NCBI GenBank assembly: GCA_028534125.1
Contig: CM052818.1
Location: 49,540,001-49,604,000, forward strand
Direction of reading: 5' to 3'
Source: Lama glama
Lineage: Eukaryota
Length of the DNA stretch: 64,000 nucleotides
In this document: positions 12,732-24,512 of the stretch, one piece after another
Position numbering within the stretch: the first letter of the stretch is position 1
Layout: every line of letters begins with the position of its first letter
The notes under the pieces: generated by a model
Told to the model about the DNA's origin: nothing
What the model saw: only the letters and a program-made list of their open reading frames with translations
Database searches by the model: none
Translations under genes and position numbers: made by a program

Positions 12732-13487
12732 AGCCCTCCCGCCAGGTCTTCTGGCTGAGACAGGAGCCCAGGTCAGCAGATGACGGGCCAGGTCTCCATC
12801 CCCACAGCCCGAGACGCGGGCCTGCGGGAGCAGATGTCAGTCACTGCCAGCTCCTGGTCAGAGGCCCCGAAAACGCTCCCCCCTGGGCCGCAGGTTTCCT
12901 CCAACAGCCCCCTCCAGGCTTTGCATTTTTCCTACCCTTTGAGACCTTAGAAAAACTATTTCTTCCTTCAATTACCACAATAACGACCCCTGTTCCCCAC
13001 CCCTGCCTCTCAGTCCCGCTGCCGGGTTAACTTGATAAAACACACACTCGGTAGAGAAGGAGAAAGACTTCAGAACCCAGGCCCTGCCTGTTCCCATGAA
13101 AATCTCCATGAATGCCTCCCTGTTACAGGCCTCACAAAAGCCTTAGTCTCTTCCTGGTCATCAAAGCTATTTATTCACAGTATTTAGGGGTGAGGGGTGA
13201 GGCTGGTGCCCTAAATGTTCTGGTTCATTTTAACCAAAAACCTTTTCAAAAAATAAGAACTCAGACTTGCTGTTGACAATGTCTCATTCCAACTTCTCTC
13301 CTAACTCACAGGGAAAAGCAGCATTTTAAGTGGGTAGGGGAGGCCTCAAAGGCACCAAAAGAAACCAAGCAGAAGGGCCAGAGAGGAGGACGGGAAGGCA
13401 AGGAGGAAGAGGCATCTTAAGGAGGAGAGAATTACTGATTTTGTCAAATGTTTCGAGAGGCCAAATGAACTTAGAACTGAAAGACGC

Positions 13488-14407
13488 TGCCTTTGTCTGC
13501 TAGGGCGGCCAGAACAAAGTGCACAGATGGGCGAGCGTAAACTGCAGAAATTTGTTCTTTCCCCTCTGGAGGCTGGATGTCCAAAATCAAGGTGTGGGTG
13601 TTACTGAGTCCAAGCTCTTACCGCCTGCCACAGGACGGGACAATAAATCGAGACGAGGCATTGGAGCAAGGAACAGAGGCTGTATTTGGAAAGCCAGCAG
13701 ACTGAGAAGATGGTGGACCAGGGTCCCAAACAACCGTCTTCCCTGAGTTAGAGCTGAGTCTTCCTTTATACTAAAAGGAGGGGGGTGTGGCTGGTTGTTG
13801 CCACCTTTTTGGTGTCAGAACCCTTTGTTCGTGAAGCTGTGCTCTAGGCCAGGCCATGATGTTCCTGTAAACCTCCAACAATCAAATGTTACTCTCTGTT
13901 CTGCAACTTTTTATCTCTGTGTGAATGGAAGTGTTACACCTTTAACGGTCCGAGCCTGGAGAACCGGCTGCGTATCCTGTATATTTCAGGCTACAGGTAA
14001 CACTCTTAACTTGTAGCAAAAGCAGTGGATACAAAGGTTAAAACAAAAGAAACGGATCCAGTGTGGAGTCAGATTTGTTCTTCCCCGTTACACAGCAAGG
14101 CTGCACACCCTGAGACTCTGGGCAGAATCCTTCCTGCCTCTTCCGGCCTCTGGGGTCACTGGCAACCCTTGGTGTCCCTTGGTTGCGGACGTATCACTCC
14201 AATCTCCGCCTCTTCACCACGTGGCCTCTTCCCTCTGTGTCTGTGTCCAAATTTCCCTCTTCTTTTAAAGACACCAGTCACTGGGTTAGGGCCCACCTGA
14301 GTGATGCCATCTGTGAAGACCCTGCTTCTCCATAAGGTCCCAGGCACAGGTGCTGTGGGTTAAGCCCCAACATGTCCCTTTTGAGGGACACAAGTTAGCC
14401 CACAGCA
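13488..14407 (-). mobile_element. MaLR solo LTR (MLT1C-like), split by a nested LTR
   Basis: TG...CA ends with perfect 5-bp TSD GACGC (13483-13487 and 14408-14412); MLT1 motifs on both sides of the insert (CTGGAGGCTGGATGTCCAAAATCAAGGTGT / GCAGAATCCTTCCTGCCTCTTCC...AAAGACACCAGTCACTGGGTTAGGGCCCACC). Confidence 0.88.
13599..14092 (-). mobile_element. Solo ERV LTR (ERV1-like) nested in MLT1
   Basis: TGTTA...TTACA termini, 494 bp, interrupts MLT1 precisely; TATA-like AGTATAAAG on the minus strand at ~13764-13772. Confidence 0.75.
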
Positions 14408-14879
14408 GACGCCCACCAGATGGTGAGATGAGGTCATGGGGGACCTTCCACAGGCACTTTATGGCAGAAGCTAGAGAGTGGTGGCCTAAGGAGTGGTAGG
14501 CACTTAGGGAAGTCCGGAGGCAGAGGAAGGCTCCCCTTCCAAGAAGCCTGGTTGGAATGGGAAGAAAGAGAGTACCCATGTCAGAGGGAGGATGTGCCTG
14601 TTGGCTCGTTTGCTGCACAGAGAGATGGAGGCATGGTGGTGAGTTGAGGGGAAGGGCCCAGCAGAAATGAGGAGCTGGAGATGCAGAAGAGAACCGTGTG
14701 CTGACGGAGAGAAGTCCTGACGGAGGCTGGCACAGAGGAGGGCGGGTTCCACCTGCGGCAGGAGGAGAGATGAATAGATGGGGGGTGACAGAAAGATGCC
14801 AGGAGCAAGTGCAGGAGGTCTGCTTGTTCAGTCCACAAATGTCACCCAGCCAGAATGATGCCTCCCACCTCCTTCCAGC

Positions 14880-15150
14880 CACCAGGGCCGTGACAGTGAA
14901 CAAAACAGAAACCCTTCCTTCCTGCAGCTTATGTTCTACTGATGGGAGGTGAGGCGGGAATAGGAAAGAGGTGGGTGAAGACAGGTATGTTTCAAAATAA
15001 AATAGCTATAGTAAGTTAGAAGGTGAACTATGACATGAAAAGTAAATAAGCAGGGCAAGATGATGTGGGTGAGTGGAAGATACAACTTTGGAAAATGTAG
15101 TCTGGATGGGACTTTCTGGGCAGGTGCCAAGTCTTGCAGGGAGTGAGGCT
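14880..15150 (-). mobile_element. LINE-2 fragment
   Basis: ACAGTGAACAAAACAGAAACCCTTCCTTCCTGCAGCTTATGTTCTACTGATGGG is typical decayed L2 3' text in reverse. Confidence 0.55.
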
Positions 15151-16599
15151 GTGCTCCGGACGGTTCTGCGAACCTGCAGCTGCTGGAGGAGGCGTCATTC
15201 TGGGCGAAGAGGCACCGTACTGATCTATTTGTGTGTGTGGTGAAGGCACCCTCACTGCTTCATTCCTGGTACCTCAGGCTCCTTGACCTGGAGTGTCATC
15301 CCTCCTTAAACCCCGTTCACCTAACCAGCTCCTCATCTTCCTTCAAGACTCAGAAGGACCATCAGGTCTCCCAGGAAACCTTCCGATCCCATCTCAGGTG
15401 GGTCAGCGGCAGGGGCCTCCAGTGCCCTACTCAGCACTCACTCCCGACTCCTCACATGTCACATCACACCCTCTTGGACTGGGCGACTCTCCAGGCCAAG
15501 GGGGGCATCTGACAGCATCCACATCATCTGCACCAGGATCAGTGTGACAAATAGTTGGGGCTGGGATTCCACAGCCAACTGCTGGATAAACGGATAAGTG
15601 AGAAGGCACAGGAGAGGGAGGGAGGGGGAGAGGGAAGCAGAGAGGGAAACTTTGAGAGAAGGAGTCTGTCAGCCACGGGTAAGACCATGAACCGTGGGAA
15701 GGAAGCAGAACAGCGGACCAGGTGTCATGGGAACCGATCTTCCTGGCTCATGTCACCCCAACCCACATGCTGCAGATTGGCACGTCTTTCCAAATCATAC
15801 CTCTGATACTTTTTGTCTCCTGCTCAAAGATCTTCAGCAGCTCCCACTTATCTCCAGGGTGAATTAAAAGCCCGAAAGCAAGACTTCTGTTACTGGCCAA
15901 AGCTCACCTCCGATGACTCCTCTGGCTCAGGTCACAGTGGGGCCTTGATGACTTCACCGCCCACTGCGGGGTCTCTGCTCACACCTCCTGGAACGCCCCC
16001 TGTGCGCAGCACTGAAATCCCAGCCCTTCTCACGGCTAAGTGCACGTAACTGCAGCTTCATAAGTCTCAGGGAGCCTTCCTGCCTCCCAGCCTCACCCCA
16101 CGTTTCTCTGAGCTTGTGTTGGCCCCTGTCTGACTCAAACACAGGCTGCACACCACTGATCAATCACAAAATCCAGGGTGATGAGCTCACTTCCCTCATC
16201 TTCATTCTTCTTCATGGCTCAGCACACTAACAGATATTTAATATGCACTTCGTACATGAATGAATGAACCAATGTGATTCGAGGGAGACAGGCTGGTGGA
16301 TTATGGAGACAGAACAGAATCAGACTTCGGAAGACATGGGTTATAGCTCTTCCTTCCTGGGACAATCACTCAGTCAGCTCTGGGACGTGGCCCCACTTGT
16401 CTAACACGTAGCCTCTGTAACGCATGTTCTCTAAGGTTCTGCTCCTCTAAAATTTTCTAATTCACATGCAGCAAAAACTCTAAATAATGAAAAGTGGGTC
16501 CTATAGTCCACTGACATTTCACAACATCCTATTTCAGCAATTTTTTTTACAAGGAGGGTTGAATCGCTCTGGGTTACAGGAAGAAACAGTGAGTGCATG

Positions 16600-17480
16600 G
16601 AGGTGTGACATCTATGCGGGCAGGAAATCCCCGAGGCGCATGCCAGCTCCAGGGCTGGTGCGTCCTGATCCTCGGAATCGTAAGGACGAGAGCTCCCAGG
16701 CACAGAATTGCCCGACGCACAGGAAGCAGCGGCGTCCACATTCTGGGGGGAGAAAAACGTGCAGCCCGACGCTCCGTTTCTAGCAAGTACGCCGTTTATC
16801 ACAAGGCGGCCTGTGACCCGGGGCTGTCCCTCACTCGGGGAAGGGATGCTGAGGGTGTGCGCTTCTGCTCCCTCTGTGGGGCACCGAAAACGCGGGCTCG
16901 GCCTCCCTGGACGCCACAGAGGCCAAGGATGCCGGTCAGGAGTCGGAAGACACTGAGATCAGGCCGGGGCGCCGGGAGCCGCGGCGGCGTGATGACCTGG
17001 CTGCAGAGGGGACGCTGCCCCGCCCCAGCCCGCGCGCCCCAGGAGCTGCCACCCGCTCAGGACGAACGAGGGGCTGAGGCGGAAGGTGTGACGTGTTCTG
17101 GGAGCCTAATGAGCAGAGGATCAAACATCGGAGGCGTCTGTTCTCTTGTTCAGGAGGTAGCTGCTAGCGCAGGGTTACTGCCGCACACGCAAAGGAGAGA
17201 AAATAAATCCACGCGCGCTGTCAGCGCGGAGACAGGCTCCATGTTCCATGCAGGGCGGAAATAGGCTCCCTGGGGAAATTAAACCAGCCATTTGGGTGCA
17301 TCTTCAGGAGAACATGCAATTAAAATTGCATTTTTTAAAGTGATGTTTCCATCTCTGTGCTCTGTAGCTGGCAGCTGGCAGCTGGCAAGCCCCCTGGAGG
17401 CAGACGCCTCCTGGCAGGCGGATCCCAGCCTGCGGGCGGAGGACGCAGGGCCCGTGGAGTCTTCCCTCCGCCAAGACCCT
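16600..17480. promoter_or_regulatory. CpG island 2 (moderate density)
   Basis: CpG-rich core 16880-17100 (GGCCGGGGCGCCGGGAGCCGCGGCGGCG; GC box CCCCGCCCC ~17017); kB-type GGGGATTTCC on the minus strand at 16623-16632. Confidence 0.6.
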
Positions 17481-18685
17481 CGACTTGAAAAATAAGCAAA
17501 AGTGATCACGTCCCCACATTAAAGGACAACAATGCGCAGACTTTCATTTTCCCAGGATGGAGATCAGTTGAAACTATTGAAAATAAACATTCCGATGTCC
17601 TGAGATACTATCTAAAGATTTGCATCCTGAGGAAGTTGAAGAGAATAGTAATTGCAGTGAATGCCCCATTCACCCAGTCTTAAAGTTGGCAGTTAAGCGA
17701 CAAAAGCCCAGGAATTCAGATATGATTAAAATCTTGATGGCTGTCAGAACAGAAGACGAAATATGAATAAGGATAAAAATGGAACTACTTCTGCTCTGTC
17801 TGAAATCCTGCTGACTCCTACAGTTGCTCCTCTTTCTCCATCTTTCTCTTTTTCAGTCTCCTTCCAGATTTTGCAATTTCCATGAGTTTTTATCCAACTC
17901 CAACTGAATTTTAGAGGTTAACATAACCAACAAACAGAAGAGGAGATTTCCATTCGTGCCTGTTAAGTCATTTGAAGTGACCATTAGCTGCTTTAAAATT
18001 TTTGAGGGTTTTATATTACAAAGTTATAATCCCCGTGTACACTCTAGCTTTTGATTCATTCGTTTTGATTCTGATACTATGTACTTGCACAATTGCTATC
18101 ATTAAGTCTAATTATGTAATAAGCATAACATGTGTGATCATGTAATTAGAATGTGCAATTACATAATTACAGTGTGTGATGGCATCAGGGTGTAAATATC
18201 CTTCCGAAATGTCAGGAAGAAATATCCCGTTTGCTCAAGAAGTGGTTTTTAAAGTTCAGTTTCACATATTTTTTTTCCAGGATGGATATTCAAATATGAT
18301 TTGAATCAAACACTTTAATTGTGCTTAAAGAAATAAAAATTTTATTTTTTCTTCTTTTAATATCTTTTCTAATTAAAGTACAAGGTAAGAAACTTTTCAA
18401 TGCATCAGAATTATGTCTTTAACTGATTGTTCCACATTATTTCAGTTGAGAAAATAAAATTATTACAAATCCTAGAAAAACAAACCAATCCTTAATGCGT
18501 GAACACTTGGGTCTAGCAAATTTCTGTCTACAAATGTAATATTTTCTTTACTCACCAGTCTTGCAGAAACTGCATGCCAAGCATGGTCTGGAGGCTTCAC
18601 AGCTTTCTCAAAGCCCAAAATACACAATCAAACACATTATTATTGTTTTCTCGCTTCCCTGCCTTTCCACCTGCATTACCCATCT

Positions 18686-19470
18686 CAGTGGCTCTTAGAC
18701 TTTTGCTTGCCTCAGAATCACCCTGAGCACTTGTTAAAACAGATTGCTGAGTCCCATCCCCAGAGTGTCTGGTGAGGTAGCGCTGGGGTGGACCAGAGGG
18801 TTGATTCTTCTAGCAGGTGCTCAGTTGTTGGCAGAGATGAGGTTCTCAGCATCATGGCAGGAAGAATTCAGAGACAAGACACAGAGGGCAAGGAGGTAAA
18901 GCAAGGACTCATTTAAGTGATAGGATGCTCTCAGGGGAGAGCAGGCAGACTCAGGTGAGCAGCTGCCCTGAGTGTCTTTGGCAGGCTGGTTACACAGGGT
19001 GTGACAATGAATGGGCAGAATATTCATTGGGAGGGAGCAGTTTGGGGTCGTATTCCCTGATTTCCACCCCAGCTCCACCTTCCCAAGGGGAGGAGGGATT
19101 TTTGTCCTTATTTAGTCTGGATTGACAGTGTCATGGCCTCGGTGCATGATGGGAACTTCTAATCTGCAAGGCTGATTTTACTGAAATGAGGACATAATGA
19201 GCAAAAGGTTACATTTGGATGCTGGAGATTCCTGCCTTTCCCCACTTTCTTTGTCATCCTCCAGGATCCTTGTTACCCCATAGTGAGTGGTTTCTTATCA
19301 CTCCAGAGGTTCCTGCCTTTTACTGTGTGCCTGGGGATTCCTGTTATTCACAAGTTGCACAGTCTTCTTCCATTTGGCCTGTGGCCCCCTTCTCTCCCCT
19401 TACCTAGCTACCTGCCTGGTTCACACAGTGACCCTGTTACCACTGATACAAGGACCACACTGGACAACCC
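18686..19470. mobile_element. MER5A-like hAT/Charlie DNA transposon interrupted by the LTR at 18826-19425
   Basis: CAGTGGCTCTTAGACTTT...CAGAATCACC...CTTGTTAAAACAGATTGCTGAGTCCCATCCCCAGAG on the left; resumes after the LTR as ...AAGGACCACACTGGACAAC. Confidence 0.65.
18826..19425 (-). mobile_element. Solo ERV LTR (ERV1-like), copy 2
   Basis: TGTTG...TCACA, 600 bp, flanked by a perfect 4-bp TSD CAGT (18822-18825, 19426-19429), typical of class I ERVs; homologous to 1961-2565. Confidence 0.9.
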
Positions 19471-19910
19471 TCGTCTTAGCCATCACCAAGTTTCCCAAGC
19501 AAGAAGCTTCGAGGTCATCCTCGATTCCTTTGTTGCTCACCCTCCTACCCCCACGTGCTCGCTTGGTCACCAAGCCTTGTGGATTCTGACCCAGGAAATT
19601 ACATCCTGAGTCCACTCTCCACCCTCCTTTCCATCCCTGCTGACCCTGGCTTAATTCAGCCCTCATGCACTTTTTCCCAGAGGTCATCATGTTCTCACAC
19701 CTTCTCCTCAAACCCACACTGGCACTAATTTGATCACACTCTCCATCACTCCCTTTTGAAAAATGTCTGCTGGTCCCTCATGGGCAGTTTCAAGGATAGT
19801 TTTAACTCCTTAGCCTGGCCTGAGAGGCCTTCCCATCTTGGACACCAGCTTCCCTTCCCCGACCCAGTTCCCACCACTCCACCGTGCTCCAGCCACACAT
19901 CCGTGCTCTG
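19470..19910 (+). mobile_element. LINE-2 fragment
   Basis: CCCAAGCAAGAAGCTTCGAGGTCATCCTCGATTCCT...CACCAAGCCTTGTGGATTCT, typical L2 decay text. Confidence 0.6.
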
Positions 19911-21149
19911 CTCCTGTGCTAGTGCTAGTGTGAGGGCACAGAGAGAAGATGAAGCAATGCGGGGGGGCTGCTTAAGGGAGGGGCGGGACGGGAGGACTGT
20001 TCCTTCACCACTGCTGTGTGCCAGGGGCTTTGCCTGCTTCCCTACTGGGACCTCATGGGCCTCTGTTTTACAAGTTTCATTTGCTAGATGAGAAAATAGA
20101 AAGCCGAGGGAAATTGTGCAACTTGTTTAAGGCCAAATACTTAATCAGTTGCACTATCAAGTTTGAAATTCACATTCTTACAGCAAATACACTGTCTACC
20201 TCCACGATTCACACTTGTTTAGCAAACTTCACAGTGAAGTTCATAGTCCACTTTAAAGACACGTGCAGACAGACTGATCTGCACACTGCTGTTGAGCTAG
20301 GAAGCAGCGTCTAGGGAACCGAAACAGGGCTCGGTCTCAGCCCTGCCCTGGTCCATGTCGTGAGCAAGCCCCATGAAGCCCAGAGTTTACGGTTCTCAGA
20401 GCTTGAAACGTCTGCTACAAAAATCACTGCATTTCCAAACGCAATATGAAGCTGGAACAAGGACAAACGTAACAGCACATTTAGTTCCAAAGTAACTGGA
20501 CAACTTGCAACTTGCAGGATTAGAAGAAATTGGGTGTTGACAGCATTTAATTTGTGAACGATCTAGGGGTTTCTTCCAACTGTAAATTTGGCAAGAGCCA
20601 GCAGTGTGACATGACTCCTGAAAAAATACATAAAAATACACTTGTACTTGTTTTCAAGATGCCACTGAGTTCAATCTTTAAAATGACTCTTCTCCAGGGC
20701 AAATATTTTTATTATAAAGATTTACCAATATGCAACACTAAGAGAAACACGCCCACAGTTTAAAAATGAAGGAAGAAGACACTGAGTGATGAAAAGAGTT
20801 AAATCATTAATCTGTGGGGCTCTAGGTCCAGGCACGTGAAAAGGCAGGTGCCAAACAGGTACCAACACTGCCTGACACAAGTGAAAGGCCAGCTGGGTGC
20901 TTCAGCTCCTGGGGCAGGACTGCTTCACTCTTGAAACAAAAAGAGAAAAGGCTGTAAAAACTGCCCATGGCTGTGATTTATATGATAATTCAAACCTGAG
21001 ATGGGAAAGGAAATAGGTATTTAGCTGAGGCATGAGGTCCTGAGCCAAGCAACCCACTCACTCAGCAATTGCTTTGAACGGGAATCTGAAGCTAGCACTT
21101 CACGTGTTACTTCAGTTCTGCCGTCTGGCTGGAAAGGACCATGCAATAT

Positions 21150-22030
21150 CTAGGGAGGGGGAAGCACAGACCAATATGGGGAAAGAGAGAGGAGAAAACT
21201 AAAACTCAAGACAAAAAAGCAAAAGAACACTAAGAAAGACAGACTCAAGCATCAACACGTGGGCTTTGAGTGTCGCAAACAAAATGCAAATGGAGCAGAA
21301 GAGAATGTAAAATAAGTGTGTTTGATCCTAAAGCAGTAAAGGAGGGTGTGGCAGTCATAAACGGAGAGTAAGAAATTAAGAAACAACTGAGATAAAACCA
21401 AGGAGATATGGAAAAGAACCCACTGGGAATACTGAGAATGAAACATACATTCATTGAAATAAAAATGTCTGAAAGCAGCGTAAAGTCTAGGCTGGACACA
21501 CCAGAGAAGTAACCAGTAAAATTACAGCTACTTCTGAGCAATTCACCCAAATGCAGGTTTGAAAATATGAAAGCACAACGAAGTGTCATGGATGAAAGTT
21601 TAAGGGGTTCCAGACCTCACCTAATAAGAAGTTCCAAAAGAAGAAATAGAATAGAATTTGCAAGAAGCGTATTTGAAAAGACAAAAGCAAATGCTTTTTT
21701 TCAGAATGGAAGATGAGAATCTTCAGATTGAAAAACCATCAGACATTGAGCATTATAAAATGAAATAAATTTATATCAAGATATACCCAAGTGAAACCTC
21801 AGAAAATTAAGGATGAGAAAACCAAGAAACCTGCCAGAGATAACAGGCTTCCTTCTAAACAATGACAGTCGGATTATTAGCAGAGAATGTCATCAGCAGA
21901 AAAACAGATACCTAAAATCTTCCATGGACTAAGGGGAAATAACGTCAACATAAAATTCTGTACCGCGCAAAGCTATTTTTAATGTAGGAAACGTAAAAAG
22001 ACGTTTTCAATGTGCAGAGGCCAAGATGAG
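21150..22030 (+). mobile_element. Old LINE-1 ORF1 region, decayed
   Basis: A-rich plus strand with ORF1-like motifs (CTAATAAGAAGTTCCAAAAGAAGA; GAATCTTCAGATTGAAAAA; TAAAATTCTGTACCGCGCAAAGCTAT). Confidence 0.65.
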
Positions 22031-22320
22031 TGGCTACCGCCGATCTGCATGCATTGTCCCCCTTAATACTCTGCATGACACCGTTTGACAGGCAATGGCA
22101 CTGAGTTCAGTAAACCATGGGGAGGGTGCAGATCAGCCGTGCCACCCTCTGGCCGGCTGATTCCGAAGCAGATGCTTTAACCAGCATTTCACTTACGTTC
22201 ATGAAGCTCTGCTCACCTCGTCTACTGCAATGGCCAAAGATACTAAGGCTGTCATGAAGATTAAATAGAGCCCTCAGAGCCTGTGGGTGCCTCGTCCCCT
22301 TTCTCTGCACCTGTGAGATT

Positions 22321-22461
22321 TTTTATAAAATTTCTTATCGTTTTGGGGAGGGTGGGAGGAGGTAATTAGCTTTATTTTTTAAACAGAGGCACTGGGGATG
22401 GAACCCAGGACCTCGTGCATGCTAGGCACGCGCTCCACCACTGAGCCGTCCCCTCCCTCCC
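22321..22461 (-). mobile_element. tRNA-derived SINE, camelid Vic-1-like
   Basis: Minus strand reads GCTCAGTGGTGGAGCGCGTGCCTAGCATGCACGAGGTCCTGGGTTCCATCCCCAG (A/B boxes) then TAATTACCTCC; degenerate TSD TGCACCTGTGAGATT (22306-22320) / TGCACCCGTGAGGCTT (22462-22477). Confidence 0.9.
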
Positions 22462-22479
22462 TGCACCCGTGAGGCTTAA

Positions 22480-23520
22480 GCCTTCAGTACGGCGGCAGGA
22501 GGCGCTGCTTCCCCCCCCCCCTCCCCGCATCTGAGACCAGCTGGCGCTGACCCCGCAGCCGGGAGCCCCGTGAACTCCCCTTAGCGACCTCAAATAAAAG
22601 CGGGCTGGGCAGGGAGGGGCCGGGACAGGTCTGCTTCCCGCTCCTGCTCAGTTCCCCGGAGCTGGCGTCCCTCGAACAAGTGGGACAAACTGCACTTCTT
22701 CTGAAAGATGCTCTGGACCAGAAGGATAACAAATGGGATGAAAGCGTCAAAACGCCTCCTGGGCGGGGAAGACGCTGCGGGTGGACACGCCAGGGCTCAC
22801 GGCAGCTGCTCTGAGGTCGGGGAGAGCCCCGTCCGAGGCTGCCACGGGGTGGATGCGCTCAGCCGCCACACTTCCACGGCCCGGCGGGCAGGCGCCTCTT
22901 CTCAGAGCTGCCCGCGCTAAGACCCCCGGCACTGTCCTGCTCCCCGGGCGCGCGGCCAGGCGGCGGGGGGAGGGCGGGGGGGCTCTGCCCTCACTGCTGG
23001 GTCCCCCTCCTCTCGCTGGGCTGTTTCCCCACCGAAAACGAGGGATCGGACGCCGTAACGCCTGAGCTCCGGTCCAGCCTATGTGCGCCCGACTCCAGGT
23101 GAACGGCTACGGGGCCTGAGTCAATGAGCCACAGGTGGAAACGCCACCTTTGCCTGGGATCTGTCTGGGGCGGGTAGCGCCGTGTGGGATGCAGCTCCTG
23201 GTAGCGGGCGCGGGCCGCCTGGTGTCCGGGACGGCGGTAGCGGGGGAACTAACGCCCCCTGAGTCTGGGCGGGCCGGGGGCGCCCGGCTGCACCGCCTGC
23301 TGCTTACGAAGCAAAGGGCTTTGGCAAATCGCGGTCTCCCCGCAGCGGGGAGGGGGGCCGTTCCAGGCGCAGGCGGACGGAGGCGTTTCCGAGCAGTTTC
23401 CTGAGGAGCGCGCTCATTGGCCGCGGGGCGTCTGCTGAGGCCGGCAGCCCCCGAGGACCCCGTGACATCCCGGGGCACTTGAGCTGCTAACGCCATTCCA
23501 GCCCCCGGTGTGCTGACGAA
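22480..23520. promoter_or_regulatory. CpG island 3
   Basis: About 1 kb of high GC/CpG; G-tract clusters 22602-22624 and 22965-22982; AP-1 TGAGTCA ~23117; reverse CCAAT (ATTGG) ~23416. Confidence 0.7.
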
Positions 23521-24512
23521 CCACAGCGCAGGATGGCAGATGTGCGGAACGGTGAGAAATACAGAATATTCAGCAGAGCCGTCCCCAAGCCGGGCTAGTC
23601 ATAGAGTAACTGAAGAGCGGCTTAAACACGAGACCCGCAGGCCCCAGCTCAGCAGAATTCCGGAGGTTAGGGCCGGAATCTCCGTTCTAAGGGCCTCCTG
23701 AGGACTTCGCTGACGGGCTGGGGTCCTTGGCTCCAGGTTGTCCAGCCTTCAGGTGACAGGATCTCATCAGAGACGGCAGCTGGCACTCTTATCCACACTC
23801 AACAGACAAAGCCAACTGCGTACCCCGGGTTTCGTTTCTTCGTTTTGGAAGAAAGAGCAGCAGAGGTTTGAAAAAATGCAGGGCAAGGAGTTTCATAGCT
23901 TCCTAAAATCCTTTCTCAAGAACCTCCATTTAGGAGTGGAGGAGCCTCTGGGTCCGGCCCACGGCCTTACCTCTCCTGGTCACCCTGCTTTCTTTGAGGC
24001 CCCTCCTGAATCCCCGAGGAGATATCTGCTCATCTCAAAACAGAGTCCTCAGCCTGAACAGGTCAGGAATGAATCAGCTACAAATGCGAGGGGCGCGTGT
24101 CTGCAAACGCCTGTGTGCTTGCCGAGACACACCTTCTCACCTTGCGGTCCAAGGGGCTTACATTAGGAAGGCTTTTCACGTACCCCTTGGGCAGGGCTGC
24201 GATTCCTTGGCCCCTTCTGTGGGTCCCGCGTCATTCATTTATAAGGACAGAAATCACCCCTTCGCTTCCCAAATATTTACGAGCTTCCATCTCCAAATCG
24301 ATGCTCTTTGTCCCTCTGAACCTTCTGCACTCAGTCCGTCTACACTGACTCTTTGTGAGCTTGTTCATGGTCCTAAGACTTCCTTCACCCACTCCCTCCC
24401 TCCTTCCCTCCCTCTTCCATTTCATCAAATGCCCATTACGGGGTAGCACTTTAACAAAATGCTGGAGATACAAAAATAGAAGATACTATCTTTCTCTTAA
24501 GAACCCTACAAC

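Noticed and set aside
16593..17264. 223-aa ORF in island 2
   Set aside because: No recognisable protein similarity; spans a CpG-rich stretch.
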